DNA of 35,861 nt from assembly GCA_031362285.1 (NCBI GenBank), contig JANLSF010000657.1, forward strand, positions 1-35,861. Reading direction: 5' to 3'. Positions 8,801 through 13,691 of the stretch are shown piece after piece. The stretch is from Gemmatimonadota bacterium. GTDB taxonomy: Bacteria; Gemmatimonadota; Gemmatimonadetes; Gemmatimonadales; Gemmatimonadaceae. The notes under the pieces are model-generated. The model did not search any database and was not told where the DNA came from. It saw only the letters and a list, made by a program, of their open reading frames with translations. Made by a program: the position numbers and the translations under genes. Position 1 is the first letter of the stretch; the number at the start of each line of letters is the position of its first letter.

Positions 8801-10343
8801 CCGCGGAGCTCTCAAGGGCATCCAATACCCAGGAACTGTCGCCAACAGCTGGCGCGTCTACAACCAAGCGGGCTGGCTCACCGGCATCTACAACCGCCAC
8901 GGACCGATGCCGACCGGCACCCTAGCGCCCGACGCGCCCCCAGCGGCAGATCTCAGTCCGATTGCGGACTACCTATATGACTACGCACCTGACGGGCATC
9001 AGCTCAGAGAGCAACTCCGTTCCGACACAGCTGGCTCGCAAACGCGAGAGTATTCATACGATGTCGCAGGACGGCTTGCCACCTATTTCACTCCGGCTCA
9101 GCTCCTCCGCGAGTACCGATATGATCTCGATTCGAACCGTACGGCAACGCTGGAAACTCCGTCCGGCGGCGCGCAGGCGTCGGTCGCCACCTACATTTAT
9201 GATCCCGGCACGGCTGGGAGTCCGAGCGGCGTCGACCAACTGACGAGTAAGCTGGAGGCGGGCCAGACTCGCACATACAGCTACAATCCCGATGGAGAGC
9301 TCCGCACAGAAACCGCAGGCGTTGCTACCGTGCGCGACCTGAGCACTACTGGCGACTGGGATGGTCTCGGGTGGCTCTCTGCAGGCACGTACTCTGGTGT
9401 CCGCGTAGCGACGACACGCGATCCGGCTGGAGCTATTAAGGCGCGCGGGTCGGCCGGTAAGACTATCGAGTACCTAGGCAACGACTTCGAAAGAACCGGA
9501 GGTCAAGTCACTCAAACGACGCCCTCCGGTCCTGCCGGCATCCTTGTCCGCTATGCAGGAGCCGCTCCAACAGGTACCCGCACATTCGTATTCTTTAACG
9601 GTCACGGTGACGTGGCCGCGGTAACGTCTTCGTCTGGAGTGCGGCAGGGTCCGGTCTCGACGTACGATCCGTTCGGAAACATCGAGTCCCAGGCAACATC
9701 CACCAACGGGACGGTTGAGGGCTATCTCGGCCAGTCACGCGCGAAACTCGATACAGTGTCAGGCCTCATCACTATGGGCGTGCGCCCATATGATCCATCC
9801 CTCGGCCGCTTCTTAGCTGTCGATCCCGTCGACGGTGGCTCAAGCAATAACTACGACTATGCCCGTCAGGAACCCTGCGGTAACCGTGACCCATCAGGAG
9901 GAGTGACCGTCGCACCCGGTGCCGGATGCAATTTTGCGGGGGTGAGATTCACTGCGCAAGGCGTGGAGTGGTCTCTTCAGACGAACCCTGTTTCCGGGAC
10001 CGTCCACTGGGGGTATCAGTTTACCCCAGCTACTGCTATTGAAAGACCGGTGATTCTTACTTTTGCCGCCAGTTTGACGATCAACGGTCGCACGAGCGGG
10101 TACAGCTATTTTAAGCCCGCTTTTGGGATACCCGGCCCGTTATACGACTTTCACGGCTCGATCCGCAAGAGGCAAACATACCCTGGCGTCGCTGATCGTC
10201 CGGCGGCGAGCCGCCTTTCGCGGCGGGGAGAGCTATTCGTTCTTGTCTTTACGCTCACTGGCCTGGACACCTCTGGCGATCCCTGGACCGGGCGCGGCTC
10301 GATCACTTGTACCTATCGGCCGCGGACTGGACCACGCGGATAG
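2841..10343 (+). CDS. secreted RHS/YD-repeat polymorphic toxin with PA14-, Ig- and LamG-like inserts and an unassigned C-terminal toxin domain
   Basis: Single 7.5-kb ORF with a Sec-type signal (GRSSIGIGRVVAGLSVIFLVVLAGTAGKAFA/LPG). The real start is probably GTG 2994 rather than TTG 2841. Five W-rich ~100-130-aa beta modules span approx 3207-5040. The shell-opening segment reads VNLKTGNLVVGVPGPSYPTAVGSMGVGLAYNS. YD repeats include FTYDDLGRTTSK, YSYDTRGALKG, YSYDVAGRLAT, YRYDLDSNRTA and YSYNPDGELRT. Inserts are PA14-like (approx 6489-6890), Ig-like (7647-7917) and LamG/ConA-like (7941-8550). The RHS core ends GVRPYDPSLGRFLAVDPVDGGSSNNYDYARQEPCGNRDPSGG (DPSG at 9888-9899), followed by a 147-aa tip (9900-10340). 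Confidence 0.95.
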   Translation: MLMRMPLPGRGRPDAHCGVRATWGRSRGVARHFAVAPLARIEPGASAVNCSVQACKDGRSSIGIGRVVAGLSVIFLVVLAGTAGKAFALPGRAPQRPINEALHALNPTGPLIAADGITSDPYNATVRSLTPTLSTIPAAFAGGGQPPVSYTFAICTGAGLTGNCHLAETATPTYTIPADAQFTDDFGNPTSTGLSDLGSYYWAATAEWEDDWWESSEYEFHVDIVPPVRGVGPLGWLGHGTTQPQFQVAFTQQPEQGVQFAYTYRIYRWDGSLYTTTTSPSGPALPEPSTSVVCSPHPDCQRVWFWDATVQYTGPGAQPGSTEATAATPLARARIVSAPQFVREPTNLKPSGLVNTTVTVANPAINFSGTARDPAGGLCLVGIAPESCRWGIGVSTDRTLLTSYTFPQGFLNFPNVIPTQNRWSTIWGDSPNLAFATTLGSTACIPFACSWATGLTNGQSYYWNTVAKGQSASLAYGFWFKTEPTGFTLLLDDHAPCPVGPRFQTPNGTEPNATFLTAAIDGTVSGVTGCTTVPLNDSRRTYRWTIYKGPGATAKQAWQSAWGPVTVNGNLAEMKVPQGVVENGTQYQYTLQSALDGVPGTPSARYAFTAMIQAQVPEPMSPGQGAVVPATTPTLTAVSGPSSRSAPIAYAFEVWASVATDPVNPDCGNTGNTRVGGNSLNGSDVAWTRGSAFSVPDGWLTDGRVYCWRVKAMNAYQPSTAWSSWRAFKVSRPMLGSGDWAMWSRGPASVNLKTGNLVVGVPGPSYPTAVGSMGVGLAYNSANSRDEGFGPGVTFSVPAGADDEAAPSQLVDWNLPAGGAQAENVVEITGADGSPEFFLPLADGLTFVPEERGGSVLRKRGPNVKPGTNPAPWTLTRGDGAVYTFGLADPVTGEAPLLTAQITASTRAGVRLVYQSDAFGRVTSVTDPAGRALTFNWGSSAVGAVCPDAIVCVIGPDQVTTKYVGEGDAGRAGPLVQVKNAVRPVVEVSWEYPTSALGGPDTSKRKRIASVLDANTIAAQGRGPAAGLTPGHNGTYKLAFGYADPVDSYRATRLTEGPITSAGSQVSSVWTLTYNTGGTTQATVNAHLPHIAAGQTRQAAGNTQITGPRHQGASPAVVETVWFDEFARPIQTRDRAGRTTQGGWSTDNLPVWSEDPIGAPTDTTYELVNKTPVSVQGPDPDGAGTAFTQRPESLSFYDEITPGTGRATGPVLHGVQAAYFDNRNTAGRPYAMRLDPTIDFDWGAGTATPLASLPSGPPVDNFSVRWNGVLDIPDDGQPGDPRYVFTAVADGGVRMTIDGVLVVDSWVDPQGAGPQTSVSEELTIAPGPHRVEVSYFDGDKSNAAITLKYRLTSPTTTLDAVLLASTLRPAYLNQTSTVGPQPDNRRTFSHYATPERGLPDDTLVKGPGGQDIITSFTYDDLGRTTSKTMPRGNAARTIDPATGNLNGTPDSRFTTEWAYYGLVSTDANYTAQIPTICGGTTGVLTPQAGGLREKRVPGLAVVTSIADEAGRPRADTRGRGTTCLNYDAEGRLTSSKTKAGSAQQEVTNYTYDPNGATRIVSTPAKGVVTTEYDEAGRTRRTLDSQDTPPPAPPGTAPADASAPTATLISPAAGGVTGTQVSVAATITDDIGVVGVQFKLDGVNLGSEDTRPPYRVLWDATQSGNGSHQLTAVARDASGKSTTSPAVAVTVTGGLNTAPAGLVAAYNFNEGTGTILTDRSTTGNTGTLINGPTWSTTGKYSGALQFDGVNDRVNTPDANSLDLTNRMTVEAWVNPSAGSAQKTIIEKENASNLRYGIIHDSSRRPQGRIYNGATQSANSGTALPTGTWTHLAVTFNGSVVTLYTNGGSPVTLSTSTAMTAGTGVLSIGGNTVRTGEWFTGSIDDMRIYNRSLSAAEITTDLNTALPQYVAAQPPAATIPAGDGATETTLVYDQEGNPLQRNAAPGALGAGQGHTVNYSYNADNSLATQEIRAYGATTAGDTYTYSYDTRGALKGIQYPGTVANSWRVYNQAGWLTGIYNRHGPMPTGTLAPDAPPAADLSPIADYLYDYAPDGHQLREQLRSDTAGSQTREYSYDVAGRLATYFTPAQLLREYRYDLDSNRTATLETPSGGAQASVATYIYDPGTAGSPSGVDQLTSKLEAGQTRTYSYNPDGELRTETAGVATVRDLSTTGDWDGLGWLSAGTYSGVRVATTRDPAGAIKARGSAGKTIEYLGNDFERTGGQVTQTTPSGPAGILVRYAGAAPTGTRTFVFFNGHGDVAAVTSSSGVRQGPVSTYDPFGNIESQATSTNGTVEGYLGQSRAKLDTVSGLITMGVRPYDPSLGRFLAVDPVDGGSSNNYDYARQEPCGNRDPSGGVTVAPGAGCNFAGVRFTAQGVEWSLQTNPVSGTVHWGYQFTPATAIERPVILTFAASLTINGRTSGYSYFKPAFGIPGPLYDFHGSIRKRQTYPGVADRPAASRLSRRGELFVLVFTLTGLDTSGDPWTGRGSITCTYRPRTGPRG

Positions 10344-10412
10344 GAGTCGGCCACACAGACCCAGCGCGCGGTGGGCCGGGAGACGGTGAGCTAATTCTGG
10401 TCAACGCCAGGT

Positions 10413-10868
10413 GTGTTGTGCAAAGTCCAATTCGACGATAGCGGGAACAACGGTAACATGGAACCATCCAGACTCAGTACAGTAGTCAAGGCCGCAATGG
10501 AGGATATCCCTGGTCATCTGGTGACCCCCCTTGCCGAGGAGCGAGTGGGTGCCGAGGCGTTCGCGGTGATCGGAGTTTCTGGGAACACAGGTCTCTTCCC
10601 GATTGCAACCCATTGCGTGGCTATTGGCCGTAGGTGGACGGCGACGGCGTCGTGCCCGGCCGAAGGTGGAGGCGCGTTATGCGGTTGGGCATATCTCTGC
10701 GACCGGGTCTCTGAGGGGACCACCGAAGTGCTCGTGGAGTGGAGCGGCGAAACACACGCCTGCGCGGTTGTGGACGGATGGTTCGCATTCGTGACGAAGA
10801 GCGGTAATCAACCAACGCTGTTGCCTCGCCTGATCGCGGCCGACATAAACAGCGGTGAGGAGTCGTGA
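10413..10868 (+). CDS. candidate cognate immunity protein of the RHS tip (no recognisable family)
   Basis: First same-strand ORF, 70 nt after the RHS stop. It lies in visibly lower-GC sequence (29 G+C of 60 counted by hand for 10381-10440). The start is ambiguous (GTG 10413 or ATG 10458). The call rests on position, as is usual for polymorphic-toxin loci. Confidence 0.45.
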   Translation: MLCKVQFDDSGNNGNMEPSRLSTVVKAAMEDIPGHLVTPLAEERVGAEAFAVIGVSGNTGLFPIATHCVAIGRRWTATASCPAEGGGALCGWAYLCDRVSEGTTEVLVEWSGETHACAVVDGWFAFVTKSGNQPTLLPRLIAADINSGEES

Positions 10869-10940
10869 GACACGGTCACGAAGGGCATTCCCGCAAACAA
10901 GGTCGCTCGCGACCTCTTGACAAACTCGTAGTATCCGCTC

Positions 10941-11243
10941 ATGAGGGAGGCGAATGCCGGGGAGCCCACGCCGAGCGCGCCAAGGCCTGCCGGACATCGG
11001 CTTCGTTCGCTCTTGGTGCTGTGCGCTGGTATGGGCGTCGGTGTTGCAGTGGTTTTAGGATGGCAAACCGTTGCAGCTGATGGGCTGACCGTCGTCACCT
11101 GCTCCAAAGAGGGCCGCGGCAACAGCACCCCGGTCACATGCACCCGAGCTGAATTCAAGGAACCCGGCGGGCAAGTGCGCTCATTGTCGAGCTGCGTTCG
11201 CGGTCGCCCATCGAGCGGCGTAGGTCCCTGCCGCCTCGACTAG
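10941..11243 (+). CDS. small membrane-anchored Cys-containing protein (hypothetical)
   Basis: 100-aa ORF with one hydrophobic segment (LLVLCAGMGVGVAVVLGW) and four Cys in the remainder. There is no clear SD. It could be a second or orphan immunity-type gene. Confidence 0.3.
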   Translation: MREANAGEPTPSAPRPAGHRLRSLLVLCAGMGVGVAVVLGWQTVAADGLTVVTCSKEGRGNSTPVTCTRAEFKEPGGQVRSLSSCVRGRPSSGVGPCRLD

Positions 11244-11334
11244 AAACAGAGTATGCCGTTTAGGCCCATTCGAGCCGCCCGGCAAAGCGCTCGGGTTGAG
11301 GGCAGTCGAGGACCGCAGATCCCTCTGAAACGAA

Positions 11335-11354
11335 CATAACAACAATTTGCGTGC
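11335..11354 (+). repeat. copy 1 of the 20-nt motif CATAAC-N5-TTTGCGTGC
   Basis: cataac aacaa tttgcgtgc. It is intergenic, 3-prime of the minus-strand gene ending at 11421. Confidence 0.6.
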
Positions 11355-11420
11355 ATTCCGTAAAGCGAGACGAAGCTGCCGGGAAGGCACCTGAGTCTGC
11401 CGGGCGCGTGTTGCACCAGA

Positions 11421-11933
11421 TCAGGTCGCCGATCCGAGCTCTCCGCGGACGAGGAGTTCCAGCTCTCCGACCTTTTCGTCATAGCGTTCGCTGAAAGTAT
11501 GCATATCCATCCGAGCGGTGACGGTCTGCTGGTCCGTGTCACCGAGTTGAACCTTCACGCATCGGTAGATACCCACGCTCGCTCGCCACTGTCTGGAGGC
11601 TGCCAGGCAGGCGTCGGGGGCGGCGTTCAGCTCGGACGACCCGAGCGCGCTCGTCATCGCCCCGAGTCTGATGCCGTCCTCCTCGCTCGGCATGTCCGGG
11701 ACAGGGGGCGGGCCGGCCGCTGGCACGACGAACGGCTCGGTGCGCGCTATTAGAAGCTTCAGGCGGTGGAAGTAGGCGAAGATATCGACGTAGAGGTCGC
11801 GGCGAGCGTCGTAGCTTCGCCCTGCGCGCACCATCCACTCCTCGTGGCGACGTCCATCCCGTGCGATCCACAAGCCCGACCCGATGCCGGCGAGCCCGAG
11901 GACTGCGCTGGAGATGATCGCGGTATCGGCCAT
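11421..11933 (-). CDS. hypothetical protein with an N-terminal TM anchor
   Basis: ORF track 11421..12044(-). I prefer ATG 11933 (MADTAIISSAVLGLAGIGSGLWIA...) because it opens directly with the hydrophobic helix and leaves a 53-nt gap to the upstream gene. No known domain recognised. Confidence 0.45.
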   Translation of the reverse strand: MADTAIISSAVLGLAGIGSGLWIARDGRRHEEWMVRAGRSYDARRDLYVDIFAYFHRLKLLIARTEPFVVPAAGPPPVPDMPSEEDGIRLGAMTSALGSSELNAAPDACLAASRQWRASVGIYRCVKVQLGDTDQQTVTARMDMHTFSERYDEKVGELELLVRGELGSAT

Positions 11934-11953
11934 GTCACGCGATTCTAGACCCG

Positions 11954-11973
11954 CATAACGGTAGTTTGCGTGC
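11954..11973 (+). repeat. copy 2 of the 20-nt motif CATAAC-N5-TTTGCGTGC
   Basis: cataac ggtag tttgcgtgc. It lies in the 53-nt gap between the two minus-strand genes 11987..12382 and 11421..11933. Confidence 0.6.
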
Positions 11974-11986
11974 CTCAAGAAGCGGT

Positions 11987-12382
11987 TTAGGCGCGTCCTT
12001 CCTCCGCCGGGTCTGGGGCCTCGGACCGGATGTTTGCCAGCCATTTGTCGACGCTGCTCGCGTACTCGGCGTGGAGAGGAGGTGCCGCGAGCTCAAGCGC
12101 CGATAGGCTTTCGTCCAGGCGCTGCCACGCGAGCGGCTCGTCGGCGACTATTGGTAGGCGAAGCATGGTCAACACCGCAGCGACGCGTATGAGCGCCATG
12201 TCAACCTCACCCAGTTGCAGGTGCGAGGTCATCTCGGCGAGCAGTTGGTCGACATCGGTCACGCCCTGGGCATGCCTCCGCAGGCCGGGCAGCATCTGGT
12301 TGAGCATGGCGAGAGCTTCATCGAGGGGCTGTTTCGATGCTGCCCAGAGCAAGTTCGCGCTGCAAAACCGACAGGTCCGCAA
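11987..12382 (-). CDS. hypothetical helical protein
   Basis: 131-aa ORF with no recognisable domain. An overlapping frame (12318..12584) reads MANVAGNAMMWRAIRFADL..., which could be its real N-terminus if there is a frameshift near 12340. This is unresolved. Confidence 0.4.
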   Translation of the reverse strand: MRTCRFCSANLLWAASKQPLDEALAMLNQMLPGLRRHAQGVTDVDQLLAEMTSHLQLGEVDMALIRVAAVLTMLRLPIVADEPLAWQRLDESLSALELAAPPLHAEYASSVDKWLANIRSEAPDPAEEGRA

Positions 12383-12647
12383 AGCGGATCGCTCTCCACA
12401 TCATGGCGTTCCCGGCTACGTTAGCCATGGCTCCGCGCAGCTCCTGGTCTCCACCATCAGTCGCTGTCACAGAACACTCCTCCCGCCCTTGTGCTGACGG
12501 TCTCCTGGCTCGCCCTTCGGCTCCTGAGACCGGCTGGTCGGCGGACGATAGCTGGCGACTCAGCCTTGGCTCCGACCCTGGCACCCGGCGATCGGGCGAG
12601 ACAGGACCGCAGTTGATTCACGGTTCGTCCGGGCGTGGTGCCATTCT

Positions 12648-13208
12648 TTGGGAGGCATGGCGAGCGATGATCCTCAGCACAACGACGCGATCGAGTCGGG
12701 AACCGTTGAGCTGCTCTTGGACACGGTGAGAGGCCTGCTCACCGCGGAGAACGACCGCAGCGAGAGCTTTAACGCGCGCGGCTCAGGGGTCGCAGGCTTC
12801 GCGGGCATCGTGGTTTCGGTCTCGGCAGCGACCGGTCCGACGATCCTGGGCGACAAGTCCGCTGGTGCGGCTCGCTGGGCGGCCGCTGTCTTGCTTGCGC
12901 TGGGCCTGACCGCATTGTTGGTGGCGGTCGGGATCGTCGTGTTCCGGGTGCTCTGGCCACGTGGATTTACGACGTTGGCGATGAGCGAGATCCGAAGGTA
13001 CCCGTCATGGGAGTCCGTGACCCGCCCGCCGGTCATGGTTCAGGGATCGCTCCTAGCCGCCTACGTCGAGATGCTCGCCGTCGAGCGAGACCTCGCTGAC
13101 GCGAAGTCGCGGGCCCTGCGGGTGGCCTACGGTGCACTGGCCGTCGGGATTGCCTCGATTGGCGCGCTCGCGGCTATACTCGGCCTCCACGAGTTGGGAG
13201 TTTCGTGA
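12648..13208 (+). CDS. three-TM membrane protein with SLATT / Pycsar-TM (DUF5706)-like topology (tentative)
   Basis: An N-terminal amphipathic helix (VELLLDTVRGLLTAENDRSESFNARGS) is followed by TM1 (GVAGFAGIVVSVSAATGPTIL) and TM2 (WAAAVLLALGLTALLVAVGIVVFRVLW). A soluble stretch and a C-terminal TM3 (VAYGALAVGIASIGALAAILGL) follow. The family assignment rests only on remembered topology. Confidence 0.5.
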   Translation: MGGMASDDPQHNDAIESGTVELLLDTVRGLLTAENDRSESFNARGSGVAGFAGIVVSVSAATGPTILGDKSAGAARWAAAVLLALGLTALLVAVGIVVFRVLWPRGFTTLAMSEIRRYPSWESVTRPPVMVQGSLLAAYVEMLAVERDLADAKSRALRVAYGALAVGIASIGALAAILGLHELGVS

Positions 13209-13327
13209 GCGATAAACCTTCTACCCCACCGTCGTCCGCTCCGCCTCCGTCGGGGTCACCGTTCGAGGCCCACCCTACTGAGCCCAGCACCAGAGGCGAC
13301 GACCCACCCGGGAAGGAGACGCGGTGA
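13205..13327 (+). CDS. small Pro/Ser-rich ORF (40 aa), overlapping coupling
   Basis: GTG 13205 overlaps the preceding TGA (GTGA), with GGGAG 4 nt upstream. Product: VSDKPSTPPSSAPPPSGSPFEAHPTEPSTRGDDPPGKETR. It is too short for the ORF track and is weakly supported. Confidence 0.2.
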   Translation: MSDKPSTPPSSAPPPSGSPFEAHPTEPSTRGDDPPGKETR

Positions 13328-13503
13328 GCACAACCACTGTGAAGACCCCGGCGATCGCCGCCGCCGCGAGCCCGTTCTCGCCGGCTGAGATCACGACTCT
13401 CTATCCCCTCCAGCCATCGGAGCGGGCCGTCATCGACTCACTCCTCGAGAAGCGCGCAGCGGCGCCGCCGGACCTCCCCTCCTCCCCAACGAGCGCCACG
13501 TAG
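13324..13503 (+). CDS. small ORF (59 aa), overlapping coupling
   Basis: GTG 13324 overlaps the previous TGA (GTGA) and is preceded by GGAAGGAG (13311-13318, 5-nt spacer). Product: VSTTTVKTPAIAAAASPFSPAEITTLYPLQPSERAVIDSLLEKRAAAPPDLPSSPTSAT. Confidence 0.3.
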   Translation: MSTTTVKTPAIAAAASPFSPAEITTLYPLQPSERAVIDSLLEKRAAAPPDLPSSPTSAT

Positions 13504-13691
13504 CGCCGGAGCCCACCGGTCCGGATTGGGTATCGCCCGCGACGTAACGTGCGAGGTGACCGTAGATCAGTAGGCCCTGCCCCGGCGGCATTTCGCGCAA
13601 GGCGTTTGCCGGGGCGAGGCTTCGGTACATGACCGACTCCGTCCGCGAGCTACGGCCCTCGGCGCCGCTCGTCGACGCCGTCCGGCGACCT

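Noticed and set aside
13560-13620. Possible terminator hairpin in the convergent gap between 13503 and 13692 (ccccggc … gccgggg)
   Set aside because: The stem is only 7 bp with a ~21-nt loop and mismatches on extension, so it is not convincing.
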